From positions 1 through 64,000 of the IMG/VR virus record IMGVR_UViG_3300025141_000034: a stretch of DNA of 64,000 bases; one strand, written 5' to 3'. The stretch is from a virus. Position 1 is the stretch's first letter. Each line of letters begins with the position of its first letter. Positions 8,988-18,764 of this stretch are shown piece after piece. The translations under genes were made by a program, and so were the position numbers. The notes beneath the pieces were generated by a model, which ran no database searches, had not been told where the DNA came from, and worked only from the letters and a program-made list of their open reading frames with translations.

Positions 8988-10697
8988 ATGATAATTTTAG
9001 GACTTCCTTCAAGTCATCATAGTGCATGGGGGATTGTTAAAGATGGAAAGGTCTTAAGGGCAATTCTGGAATCAAGACTAAATAGAATCAAGCACTACCC
9101 ATATTATACTAACTTAAAAGAAAATCCCATGACTCTTGGCCTAGAGTACCTTCTAAGAGGGCAAAACTTCTCTGTTGGGGATATTGATGTTGCTACAATT
9201 CCTGTTCTACCTAAAGATTCAAAGTTTCATCATTTAGACATCGTAGAAATGGATAGTATTGATGATGTAATACAAACCAATGCTGCTCCGTGGTATAGTG
9301 CAATTTTAGAGTTTATCAAGTCAGAAGGATTTAAAGGCAAGATAGTATTTGTCAATCACCAGCTATCTCATGCATCATATGCCTATAACCTCTCAGGATA
9401 CAAAGAGTGCGATGTTTTATCTTATGATGGTGCAGGTTGTGGTTGGCCCCCTGAAGTTGTTGTCGGATTCCATGTGAATTCTCACAGATATAATAGACTA
9501 TTTTCAGTTAGAGTTCCTCACAGCCTGGGTCATGTGTATTCAAATACGACAAATAGAATATTTGGAAATAGATCTGATGGATGCGAGGGAAAGGTAATGG
9601 GCCTTGCACCATACGGGGTGCCTGATGAAAGATTGACAATGCTTAAATTAGATGAAAATAGTGAAACATATATTTCAACATATCCAAGCACAACAAAGAT
9701 TCAATATTCAGGAATAGAGCCTCATTCAAGCATATTCGGATTACGTCAACAAAATATACCCCAGAGAGAAAATAAGAAAAAATGGAATTTCGATGATGAG
9801 TCAGATATGTTCTATGCAAATCTAGCAGCATCAGCACAAAGATCTGTTGAAAATGCGGGAATGTATTACGCTAAAAAACTTTTAGACGAAACAGGCAGTG
9901 ATAACCTATGTCTGGTCGGAGGTGTTGCTTTAAATAGCTGTCTAAATGGAAAGATAAGAAGATCAGGTATTTATAAAAATGTATTTGCAGGCCCTGCATG
10001 TCATGACGGCGGTCACGCAATAGGTGCACCTCTTTATTATAGTAATTTAAAAAATCCAAAAAAGACAGAAAGATTAAAAGATGATTTTTTTGGATATCCC
10101 TATAGCGATGACGAATGTTTAAGTGCGGCGGAAGAATTTAATTTAACGTATAGTTCATTTAATAATACTGAAAGTCTTTCTGCTGATATTGCAAAATCTA
10201 TTGCTGATAAGAAGATTATTGCCATCTTTAATAAAGGTTCAGAATTGGGACCAAGAGCCCTTGGACATAGAAGTATTGTTGTAGATCCAAGGACACCTGA
10301 AATGAAAGATACACTTAATGCTAGAGTTAAATTTAGAGAGGCATATAGGCCATTTGCACCGTTTGTATTGCAAGATTATGCATCTGATTATTTTGAATTT
10401 AAAGATAGTGAGTTTATGCTATTTGTTGCAAAGGCTACTGAAAAAGCAAAAAAAGAAGTTCCGGCAGTCATTCATGTCGATGGAACTGCAAGAATGCAAT
10501 CTGTTAGAAAAAATAACGAGCCTTTTTATAGCACTTTAAAGAATTTTTATAAAATGACTGGTGTACCTGTTTTATTAAATACAAGCTTTAATATTGCTGG
10601 CGAGCCAATAGTTGAAACACCCCAAGATGCAATTAGATGTTTTTTAGGAACCTCTATTGATATTCTCTATCTGAATAATTTAAAAATTGAAAAATAG
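8988..10697 (+). CDS. O-carbamoyltransferase (NodU/CmcH/TobZ family)
   Basis: ESRLNRIKH, HQLSHA, DGAG, EGKVMGLAPYG, GGVALN, GPRALGHRSI, KFREAYRPFAP, HVDGTARMQ, LLNTSFNIAGEPIVETP. Confidence 0.96.
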   Translation: MIILGLPSSHHSAWGIVKDGKVLRAILESRLNRIKHYPYYTNLKENPMTLGLEYLLRGQNFSVGDIDVATIPVLPKDSKFHHLDIVEMDSIDDVIQTNAAPWYSAILEFIKSEGFKGKIVFVNHQLSHASYAYNLSGYKECDVLSYDGAGCGWPPEVVVGFHVNSHRYNRLFSVRVPHSLGHVYSNTTNRIFGNRSDGCEGKVMGLAPYGVPDERLTMLKLDENSETYISTYPSTTKIQYSGIEPHSSIFGLRQQNIPQRENKKKWNFDDESDMFYANLAASAQRSVENAGMYYAKKLLDETGSDNLCLVGGVALNSCLNGKIRRSGIYKNVFAGPACHDGGHAIGAPLYYSNLKNPKKTERLKDDFFGYPYSDDECLSAAEEFNLTYSSFNNTESLSADIAKSIADKKIIAIFNKGSELGPRALGHRSIVVDPRTPEMKDTLNARVKFREAYRPFAPFVLQDYASDYFEFKDSEFMLFVAKATEKAKKEVPAVIHVDGTARMQSVRKNNEPFYSTLKNFYKMTGVPVLLNTSFNIAGEPIVETPQDAIRCFLGTSIDILYLNNLKIEK

Positions 10698-10713
10698 GGA
10701 CAAAAAAGACTTT

Positions 10714-11424
10714 ATGAATATTTTAATACCAATGGCAGGAGAGGGAAGCAGATTTAAAAAGGAAGGATATACATTTCCAAAACCGCTGATTGAAGTTAAC
10801 GGAAAGCCAATGATTCAATGTGTTGTTGAAAATCTAGACTTTGATGCAAACTATATTTTTCTTGTCAGGTCAGAACATCTTAGCAAATATAACATAGAAT
10901 CTGTTTTAAGATTTGTAACAAATGAAAGGTATGATATTGTCACTGTTGAAAGCCTTACTGAGGGTGCTGCTTGTACTGCTCTACTGGCAAAAGATCTCAT
11001 TGATAGTGATGAAGAGCTGCTAATAGCAAACTCTGATCAGATTATTGAATATTCAAAGGAGAATTTTAATACAGTTAGAAGGTTTACTAATTTTGACGCC
11101 TCGGTCTTTACGTTTAGAGCCGTTCACCCAAAATGGAGCTTTGTAAAGACGAATTCTAGAGGTGTTGTAACAGAGGTCGCAGAAAAAAATCCAATATCTG
11201 ATATAGCAACATGTGGAGTCTATTATTATAGAAAGGGATCTGATTTTGTCAAGTATGCAGAGAGAATGATAGAGAAGAATACAAGGGTTAATGATGAGTT
11301 CTATATTGCACCCGTCTATAATGAGCTAATTCTAGATGAAAAGATACTCATTCCATTTTTTGTAGATAAGATGCATGGACTGGGAACACCTGAAGATTTA
11401 AAGAAATACTTGAGCATGAAATGA
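10714..11424 (+). CDS. Sugar-phosphate nucleotidyltransferase (NTP_transferase, GT-A fold)
   Basis: ILIPMAGEGSRF...PKPLI, TEGAACT, IANSDQ, EKNPISDIATCGVYY, GLGTPEDL. ATG 10714 preferred; TTG 10687 is possible. Confidence 0.9.
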   Translation: MNILIPMAGEGSRFKKEGYTFPKPLIEVNGKPMIQCVVENLDFDANYIFLVRSEHLSKYNIESVLRFVTNERYDIVTVESLTEGAACTALLAKDLIDSDEELLIANSDQIIEYSKENFNTVRRFTNFDASVFTFRAVHPKWSFVKTNSRGVVTEVAEKNPISDIATCGVYYYRKGSDFVKYAERMIEKNTRVNDEFYIAPVYNELILDEKILIPFFVDKMHGLGTPEDLKKYLSMK

Positions 11425-11427
11425 CTT

Positions 11428-12297
11428 ATGATAATAATTCGAGGAAATTCTGGATGCAGTGTCGAAATCAAGGATAGTCTATCAAAAAAGATAGTTAAAA
11501 AATCATCTGCAGATTCCTCCTACTATCATAGATTAAAAAATCAGTGTGAGAAGCAGAGTGATGCATTCTTAAGAAATGAACTAGACTTTATTGAAATTCC
11601 AAAAATTCTCAATAGACAATTTTTATTTAAAGATGATATCTGCTACTTTGAAATGGATTTTTGCAGATCACTTGACTGTATTACATTTTTTCATAGATGC
11701 TCAATAGAAGAGGTTAATTTTTTAATATCTTCAATTACAGGCTTTGTTGATAGGACAATAGCAGATTCTAAGATTTCTAAATTTGATAAAAAGATATTTT
11801 TACTAAAATATGATTCTGTAAAAGACAATCTAGCAAATTCTAATTTTTTTAAAGATATAGATAGAAGATTTCTTAAAATAGATGAGATATTTTATTCTCT
11901 GGATGAGAATCTTATTCCAGCTGGATTCTGTCACGGAGACTTGACATTATCAAATATTTTAATTAAGCGAAAGAGTAGGAAGATATGCCTTATAGACTTT
12001 CTTGATACATTTTTAGAGTCACCGCTTCAAGATATGGTCAAGGTTAGACAAGATACGAAATATATGTGGTCCCTAAATCTATATCCAGACTCAGTAGATT
12101 TAACAAAGGTGTCAATAATTTTTGACTATATTGATAGAAAAATTGACAACCACTTTAAAAAATATGATTTCTATAAATACTTCTATCAATCCTTTCAAAT
12201 AATGAACTTATTGAGACTTTTGCAGTATTGTAATAATAAAGCTGTTGTTACACAGGTAATTCAAAATATAGATCAATTGATATTGGAGAAATATTGA
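11428..12297 (+). CDS. APH/choline-kinase-like phosphotransferase
   Basis: GNSG, VKK, CHGDLTLSNIL (Brenner motif), LIDFLD, D.VKVRQD. Confidence 0.85.
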   Translation: MIIIRGNSGCSVEIKDSLSKKIVKKSSADSSYYHRLKNQCEKQSDAFLRNELDFIEIPKILNRQFLFKDDICYFEMDFCRSLDCITFFHRCSIEEVNFLISSITGFVDRTIADSKISKFDKKIFLLKYDSVKDNLANSNFFKDIDRRFLKIDEIFYSLDENLIPAGFCHGDLTLSNILIKRKSRKICLIDFLDTFLESPLQDMVKVRQDTKYMWSLNLYPDSVDLTKVSIIFDYIDRKIDNHFKKYDFYKYFYQSFQIMNLLRLLQYCNNKAVVTQVIQNIDQLILEKY

Positions 12298-13361
12298 ATC
12301 TTATTATACCCATTGCAGGAAAATCATCAAGATATCCAGGAATGAGACCAAAATGGCTTCTGACACATCCGTCAGGAAGACTTATGGTAGTAGAGTCTAT
12401 ATCTGGTCTAAATTTAGATCTTTTTGAAAAGATATTCGTGATAGCACTTCAGGAACACGAAGATCAATATTCTTTTTCTAGCGGGATGGAGCGATGTTTT
12501 TTTGACGCATTTGGAAAAGAAATCTATAAGAAGCTAGATGTCGTTCTGCTAGACGCAGAGACACAAAATCAACCTGAAACAATATTTCAAGCAATTGATA
12601 AAAGAAAGATTGAGGGTCCAATATTCATTAAGGATTCTGATAATTTTTTTAAATGCAATATAAATACTGGAAATTTTGTGACGACTTACGACATTAGCTC
12701 AATGGAGTCAGTTAATGCTGGAAATAAAAGCTACGTTGTTACAGATGACAATGGTGTCATTACATCGATAGTTGAGAAAAAAGTTATTAGTTCAGAATTT
12801 TGTGCCGGAGGATATTCATTTGAGTCTGCGTCTATCTTTAGAGAATCCTTTCTTAAGCTAAGAGAGCACAAGAATCTCTACATTTCTCACATGATATATT
12901 CAATGATGCTTGAGGGAATAGAGTTTGCAACAGAGCTTGCTAGTGGATATATTGACTGGGGAACACTTAAAGACTGGAATGAATATAAGTCATCATTTGC
13001 AACCATCTTTATTGACATGGATGGCGTCCTTGTAGAAAATTCTGGAAGATATTTTGGAAAATTGTGGGGAGAGACAGGTCCCCTAGAGGATAATGTGAAA
13101 AAAATCAGAGACCTATATGATACTGGAAAGTGTCAGATTATTATCACTACATCAAGAGATGAATCCTTTAAAGCGGCAACAGAGACCCAGCTAGAAAAAA
13201 TTGGTGTAAAGTATCATCAAATAATTTTCAATCTGATGCATTGCAAGAGGATTATAGTAAATGACTATGCGACTACTAATCCATATAAGAGCTGTGATGC
13301 AATCAATATTTCAAGAAATAGCTCTGACCTAAATGACCTTATTATAGATAGTATATGCTAG
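12294..13361 (+). CDS. Fusion: NTP-transferase + C-terminal HAD (capsule biosynthesis phosphatase-like)
   Basis: IIPIAGKSSRY...PKWLL, IKDSD, EKKVIS, DWGT, then IFIDMDGVLV...IITTSR...IVND; TTGA overlap. Confidence 0.85.
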   Translation: MNLIIPIAGKSSRYPGMRPKWLLTHPSGRLMVVESISGLNLDLFEKIFVIALQEHEDQYSFSSGMERCFFDAFGKEIYKKLDVVLLDAETQNQPETIFQAIDKRKIEGPIFIKDSDNFFKCNINTGNFVTTYDISSMESVNAGNKSYVVTDDNGVITSIVEKKVISSEFCAGGYSFESASIFRESFLKLREHKNLYISHMIYSMMLEGIEFATELASGYIDWGTLKDWNEYKSSFATIFIDMDGVLVENSGRYFGKLWGETGPLEDNVKKIRDLYDTGKCQIIITTSRDESFKAATETQLEKIGVKYHQIIFNLMHCKRIIVNDYATTNPYKSCDAINISRNSSDLNDLIIDSIC

Positions 13362-13367
13362 CATTAT

Positions 13368-14333
13368 ATGAAAATTAATACTTACATACCTGAATATAGA
13401 AGACAGTTTTTTAAATATGAAAATTGTTTTGATATATTTGTTTCTGAGCTTATCTTGCAGCTAGTGAGAGAAGGTCACGAAATAGTTGATGAAGATGAGA
13501 CATCAGACGTTAGTCTAATCTTTAATCATGTGGGACAAAAAAGAGATGGTAAGCCGTCTATTTTAACTATTGACGATTCAATTATGCCAGAATTAATCAA
13601 ATATGATTCTGACACTGATAAATTAAATAGCGATGCCTTCTTAGAAAATTTTCAAAATGCAGATGGGGTAATTTATAGATCTAATCTTATTAGAAACTTT
13701 ATTCACCAGGCTGTGGGAGAAAAGAAAAAAGAATTCATAATTCCAGGTGGATTTAATATTGATTCACTAAAGACTTCTAATAATCTCTTTCAAACTCCGC
13801 GGGGTGATCTTATTAGTGAAAAGACGTGGCTATACGTAAACATCTTAGGATCTGAGAATGGATTACGAGAGTCTTTTACATATTTTGATAAAAATGCTCC
13901 AAGTGATTCAATTTTACTTGTTATGGGAGAGCCTGAAGAGGAGAGGTGGAGTGCCATCAAAGATCTTAAAGAGTTAGACTTTTTTAATGAGAATCGATTT
14001 GTACAGCTTGGGAACCCTGGTGAGAGGGACGTCTTAAGCTCATTAAAAACCTGTGAGACCTATATCAATCTATCTTGCTTTCCATACTATTCAGATCTTG
14101 CAATTATTGCAAGTATCTACGGTTCGCACATTATATGCTCAGATATGACTGTAGAGAGAGAAATATTTGGAAATAATTGTACAGTAATACAAAATAGCAC
14201 TATTATCTTAGATGAAGATTTTAAAAATAATCATCTAGTTCCATATGATGGTTCAACGCCTACCTTAGAGGAAGTTGGCATAGAAAGCGTTTGTAAAAAA
14301 TATATTAGTGCAATTGATTCTATTTTAATATAA
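13368..14333 (+). CDS. Degenerate GT4-like protein, paralog of 3052..3960
   Basis: ETYINLSCFPYYSDLAIIASIYGSHIICSD..REIFGNNCTVI aligns with DYFIHLSWLDHCPNVVVDARASGCQIICSS..KEIAGKDATVI. Confidence 0.65.
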   Translation: MKINTYIPEYRRQFFKYENCFDIFVSELILQLVREGHEIVDEDETSDVSLIFNHVGQKRDGKPSILTIDDSIMPELIKYDSDTDKLNSDAFLENFQNADGVIYRSNLIRNFIHQAVGEKKKEFIIPGGFNIDSLKTSNNLFQTPRGDLISEKTWLYVNILGSENGLRESFTYFDKNAPSDSILLVMGEPEEERWSAIKDLKELDFFNENRFVQLGNPGERDVLSSLKTCETYINLSCFPYYSDLAIIASIYGSHIICSDMTVEREIFGNNCTVIQNSTIILDEDFKNNHLVPYDGSTPTLEEVGIESVCKKYISAIDSILI

Positions 14334-14346
14334 CAGAGAGAAATTA

Positions 14347-15039
14347 ATGTCAAAAGGACACAGTAAACAATTTTTTAGCTTTTTAAGGGCTTTAGATGAC
14401 AGCAATGTGAGATATGTAATAATCAGGGGATTTGGAAAATTTCCAAAAACTCCAGACACAGATGTTGATCTTGTATATCACATAGATGATCATGAAAAGT
14501 ATATATCGCTAGCAAGAGAAAATCTTGAAGAATTTGTAAGTGCAAATGGCTCAGAGTGGCAAAGCTTCGGATCTGGCGAGTGGTGTGAGATGCTTTACTC
14601 TCCGTGTAGAACAATCGGAGAAGAAGATCCGGAAATAGAAAACGGCTGCTTTAGAGTTGATTCATATAATTCAATTTATTTTAAGACCCCATACCATAAC
14701 TTTTCCACATACTGGACTATTTCTAAGCAATTTAATGAATTTATCATAGATAAGAGAATCAGAGTTGAAGAGGATTTTGGATCATACTATATTCCAGAAC
14801 CTGAGTGTGAAATTGCACTCTTAATCGCTAGAAATGTTTTAGACAATAAGAAAAGACCTGCGTGGTCAACCAAGCACATATCTAGAATTCAATCTCTAAT
14901 ATCAGAAAATAAAGCCCAAAGAGATGTGATCATTAATAGGGTCTCTCAATTATTTCCAAACGCTGATAAGATTGCTGATTTAGTATATCAGAACTCATTT
15001 AGGCAAATAATGCAGCATGCTCTAGGGTTGACAAGATGA
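14347..15039 (+). CDS. Pol-beta-fold nucleotidyltransferase-like protein
   Basis: YVIIRG...DTDVDLV motif and downstream RVD. Confidence 0.55.
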   Translation: MSKGHSKQFFSFLRALDDSNVRYVIIRGFGKFPKTPDTDVDLVYHIDDHEKYISLARENLEEFVSANGSEWQSFGSGEWCEMLYSPCRTIGEEDPEIENGCFRVDSYNSIYFKTPYHNFSTYWTISKQFNEFIIDKRIRVEEDFGSYYIPEPECEIALLIARNVLDNKKRPAWSTKHISRIQSLISENKAQRDVIINRVSQLFPNADKIADLVYQNSFRQIMQHALGLTR

Positions 15040-15257
15040 GTCTAGTAGCCAGTGTTATTGTCAGAGGAAAGATCAATTTTCCTGTTGATAATAGTGACTT
15101 TATAATAGAGGATAACCCAGGTGATGACTGGCCGATACACATTCACATCGGACCTGCTGGGAATTGGAAAATTAGAATTCATTTCACATATGAAGAATTT
15201 AATGAATTAGTAAAAAATATGGAGAAAGAGAGGGAAGAATATGGGTCACGTTATTAA
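15036..15257 (+). CDS. Small hypothetical protein (paralog of 15241..15489)
   Basis: ATGA overlap; FIIEDN...IHIHIG..IRIHFTYEEFNEL. Confidence 0.7.
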   Translation: MSLVASVIVRGKINFPVDNSDFIIEDNPGDDWPIHIHIGPAGNWKIRIHFTYEEFNELVKNMEKEREEYGSRY

Positions 15258-15489
15258 AAAGATACTTGGAGATAGAGATGATGATCCTTTCTATGAAACA
15301 TTCACAATTGAAGTTAACGAGTCAGTATCACATAGAAAGCTTCAGGGAATAAGAAACCACCCAGGAGAGGTTCACTTTCACGCTAAAAATCTAAGATTTG
15401 ACATAAAGTGGGAGGACTATAAGACACTAAGAGACGCATGCATATCTGCAAATAAAATTATAGAAAAAAGAAATGAAAGCGAAAGATAA
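15241..15489 (+). CDS. Small hypothetical protein (paralog of 15036..15257)
   Basis: FTIEVN...VHFHAKNLRFDIKWEDYKTL; tiles the operon. Confidence 0.7.
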   Translation: MGHVIKKILGDRDDDPFYETFTIEVNESVSHRKLQGIRNHPGEVHFHAKNLRFDIKWEDYKTLRDACISANKIIEKRNESER

Positions 15490-16393
15490 TTTACCTCTAC
15501 CGGTAGATAAAGAGAATCTATTGGGCAAAGATAAGATTCCTATCTCATCAGAAAAGAACGGCTTCGTGGGCTATCTTGAAGTTCCAAGATATCCGAATGA
15601 TAAAATTATTCAAGAAATACACGGAATGAACTATCAGGTATACAGAATTGTTGAAAACAACGGAAAAGAATATTTTGACTCGATATTTCCACTACCAGCT
15701 TCTTATATTCGTCAAGAATCACCTAAGCGATTTTTAGATATATTATCTTTATCATCTAAAAAGTATAGAAAGCTTAAAGAGGTATCAAATAGAGATACAA
15801 ATAATATAGTTGAAATAGATAAAATAGAGTCAGATCTTAGCCACTATATTTTAATTAGAATGAAACTAGTGCAGGGTCTCCCGCTAGTCCCGGAACCTAG
15901 CTCAATCATGCCATCAGATGAAGCCTGTAAAGCCTCAGCTAAGATTTATAGCGCAGTACTTGGTGAAAGAAATAAGAGAATAGTTCAAAGACTATATGAC
16001 TGCTTCGTTAACTCAAATATTGAAATAATACGCGACTGTGGAATGTACATGTCAGATATTGCGCCTAATAATGTCTTAATATCATTTCAACAATCAGATC
16101 AAGAAGGATATCAGCTTGATATGACAGTTAGATTTATTGACATGCTAGACCTAAAAAAGTATAGAAGGCCAGTTATGGTGGACATGGTGTCTCTATTTAC
16201 TATAACTAGAGATAGGCTTCCCAAGGCATTTATTGAAAATCTAACAGATTCTGCGCTAATGATGTTTCCATCTCTTGATGATCGAAACGATAGATTTAGA
16301 AACTATCTGTGGGAAAAAAATATTAGTGATTTCTTTAACTCTATCAATAGAGATCGATATCTAAAGTTTGACAGGAGAGAGTATGAAAAATAG
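15473..16393 (+). CDS. Divergent kinase-like (protein kinase/APH fold) protein
   Basis: IRMKLVQG (hinge-like), MSDIAPNNVLI (catalytic loop-like), FIDM. Confidence 0.5.
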   Translation: MKAKDNLPLPVDKENLLGKDKIPISSEKNGFVGYLEVPRYPNDKIIQEIHGMNYQVYRIVENNGKEYFDSIFPLPASYIRQESPKRFLDILSLSSKKYRKLKEVSNRDTNNIVEIDKIESDLSHYILIRMKLVQGLPLVPEPSSIMPSDEACKASAKIYSAVLGERNKRIVQRLYDCFVNSNIEIIRDCGMYMSDIAPNNVLISFQQSDQEGYQLDMTVRFIDMLDLKKYRRPVMVDMVSLFTITRDRLPKAFIENLTDSALMMFPSLDDRNDRFRNYLWEKNISDFFNSINRDRYLKFDRREYEK

Positions 16394-17168
16394 AATCGGT
16401 GTTGCAATATCTGTGTATGATAAGGGAAATTTTGTCATGACTGGTATAAATGTCATAAATAATCTCTGGACAATATCACCATATATCTCTATCTGCTGCA
16501 ATCATCAAGAAACATTTGAGAAGCTAAGTAGAGTAGACGGTGTCAATGTTGTGAGAGGTGATGACCTTCCCTTCTCTAATAAGAATGAACTGAGACTTCG
16601 ACAGTACGACTGTATTAAAAAATCAGTCCTTCAGGCCTGTCAAAATTCTGAATATGTCATTCACTGGCACGGTGATGCACTTTCTCTTTCTGATTCTGCA
16701 ATTCTTGAGATAGTTGACCACATGGAGTCAAATGACATCTACTTTTCTGGAAGAGGATTTTGGAAAGACTCTACATCACCAAAGATTCCGCTAGGAGATA
16801 TCGACGATCATTTTTTCATCATAAAGTCTTCACATGTTATATCCTCAGGAATGTACGATGATGATAAGGTTGATTACGTTAGGATGCTTGCTAGAAACGG
16901 TGTCTGCTCTGAGGGAATTCTTGTCATACTAGTGCAGGGTTGCACAAGTGATGATAATATCTACATTTATTCAGACATGTCAGAGTGTGTGGTTCTTCCC
17001 AGCCAGAAGGTAGACGATAGATACGATGATAAAATTGCTCACAGAACACTACCACCCGTAAATTTTGATCCCATTAGAAAGTTTTTACACTGTGATGACA
17101 TGGCTCACCTTAAGAGAATATTTGAATCTGAAAGAATTGATACAGAATTAATTTGTGAGAATCTATAA
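16383..17168 (+). CDS. Divergent GT-A-like protein
   Basis: IGVAISVYDK start, YVIHWHGDAL (xGD at DxD position). ATG 16383 is preceded by AGGAG. Confidence 0.5.
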   Translation: MKNRIGVAISVYDKGNFVMTGINVINNLWTISPYISICCNHQETFEKLSRVDGVNVVRGDDLPFSNKNELRLRQYDCIKKSVLQACQNSEYVIHWHGDALSLSDSAILEIVDHMESNDIYFSGRGFWKDSTSPKIPLGDIDDHFFIIKSSHVISSGMYDDDKVDYVRMLARNGVCSEGILVILVQGCTSDDNIYIYSDMSECVVLPSQKVDDRYDDKIAHRTLPPVNFDPIRKFLHCDDMAHLKRIFESERIDTELICENL

Positions 17169-17186
17169 AGTGTGTAGAGATAGAAT

Positions 17187-18080
17187 TTGAAATATTTAAA
17201 TAGCTGCATTCTTAAGACATCTAGAGAAAAAAATATAAAAATATTTGGAATGCAAAAGTGCGGATCAGGAACACTTAGCCTTTATTGCAAGCTATTTGAT
17301 AATTTATTGTGGGCTGGTCACGGAACTTTTTTAAGTGAAGATATAAAAAATAATATACAACTTCCAGGTTCTTCCTGGGAGAAAAATTTAAGACAAGGAC
17401 TCAGTGAGTATGTATCACTTCGTCCGGAGGACGATGACCTCTATCGTAGTATTCGAAAAAGCATCATTGACTCATATGCTGGTAAGATCTTTGATAATAA
17501 GTTTAATATTCAAGACACCTGTATCAATGTTGCAATGATAAGAAATCCATACGATCTTTTATTAAGTTTTTACTTTCATGGCATATGGGGAGCTAATAAT
17601 ATTGCTAAGAAATATGAAAGTGATACTTCAAATGGCCCCACTATCGATGGATTTAGCAGTTTCATTCTTTCTCTAGGGAGACCAGAGAATTTTGGATTTC
17701 CAGCATTTATATTGAGCTGTTTTTATCCTTACTATAGTAAAGATGGTGAATTTATTCCGGAATTTGCCTTTAAACTCGAGAGACTTGATGAAATAATCAG
17801 CAAAAGGGGAGGATGGCTAAAGAGCACTAGTAGAAGTGACATTGATTCCCTAAAGCACAGATCAAATAAGCCACGATTACCCATTAATCAGATATACAGT
17901 AATGAAATGATTTCTATCATGGAGTCTATTTTTTTATATGAATTAGAGATATTTGGTTATAAAATTGGATATTCAGATGATAGAATTATCATACCAAAAT
18001 CTGACATACCAAATCTTCCTAACCCTAAGTTAGATAATTTTTTTAAATTACTAGAATCGTATCGTTTAAATAAAAAATGA
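17187..18080 (+). CDS. Sulfotransferase (Sulfotransfer_2-like)
   Basis: MQKCGSGTL (5'-PSB loop), IRNPYDLLLSFY (3'-PB), FKLERL, ELEIFGY. Confidence 0.8.
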   Translation: MKYLNSCILKTSREKNIKIFGMQKCGSGTLSLYCKLFDNLLWAGHGTFLSEDIKNNIQLPGSSWEKNLRQGLSEYVSLRPEDDDLYRSIRKSIIDSYAGKIFDNKFNIQDTCINVAMIRNPYDLLLSFYFHGIWGANNIAKKYESDTSNGPTIDGFSSFILSLGRPENFGFPAFILSCFYPYYSKDGEFIPEFAFKLERLDEIISKRGGWLKSTSRSDIDSLKHRSNKPRLPINQIYSNEMISIMESIFLYELEIFGYKIGYSDDRIIIPKSDIPNLPNPKLDNFFKLLESYRLNKK

Positions 18081-18089
18081 GATATCAAA

Positions 18090-18764
18090 ATGTTTAATAA
18101 GCACCTATCAGAAAAGATGTATGGTGTTTCAACAGAGGCTGATTTAAGAAAGCTTCTCTACGGAACAAGAACGGATCTAACAGCTGGTGAATTTAACTCT
18201 ATATGTGATCATCTTTCTAAATTTGACAATCCGCAATATCTTGAGATAGGCGTCTACTTCGGTGGAAATTTCAATAAGGTTGCAAATTTTTTAAAAAATA
18301 ACTTTAAAGACTATCATATAACAGGTGTAGATCTTTTTGAAACTCTGATGGCACAGGATCAGTGTGATCTTACTCATGATATTTTAAATAAGTGGAATAT
18401 TTTAAATGTTGCATTTAAGGATGATCTTTCAGACTTTCTTCAGTCCAGCGGTATTGAAAATTTTTCCCTTGTTATGGGATTTTCTGACACAGCAGTTAAG
18501 AATCTAGAAAGCGCCTTTGATGTTATGTTTATAGACGGTAATCATACATTTGATCAGACATTAAAAGACGCTGAGGCATGTCTTGAAAGATCAAAGAAGG
18601 GTTCATTTTTAATATTTCACAATGCAAGTAGCGATATTGAGCCAGATCCGCAGTATATTGAAAAAGACGGTGGTCCGTGGAGAGTGTGTGAGCTTCTCAA
18701 GAAGAGAGATAGCTTAAGACATGTTGGGCTATTTGATAGATGCTCTATATTTGAGGTTATTTAA
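18090..18764 (+). CDS. Class I SAM-dependent methyltransferase (Methyltransf_24-like)
   Basis: YLEIGVYFGG, GVDLF, FDVMFIDGNHT. Confidence 0.88.
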   Translation: MFNKHLSEKMYGVSTEADLRKLLYGTRTDLTAGEFNSICDHLSKFDNPQYLEIGVYFGGNFNKVANFLKNNFKDYHITGVDLFETLMAQDQCDLTHDILNKWNILNVAFKDDLSDFLQSSGIENFSLVMGFSDTAVKNLESAFDVMFIDGNHTFDQTLKDAEACLERSKKGSFLIFHNASSDIEPDPQYIEKDGGPWRVCELLKKRDSLRHVGLFDRCSIFEVI

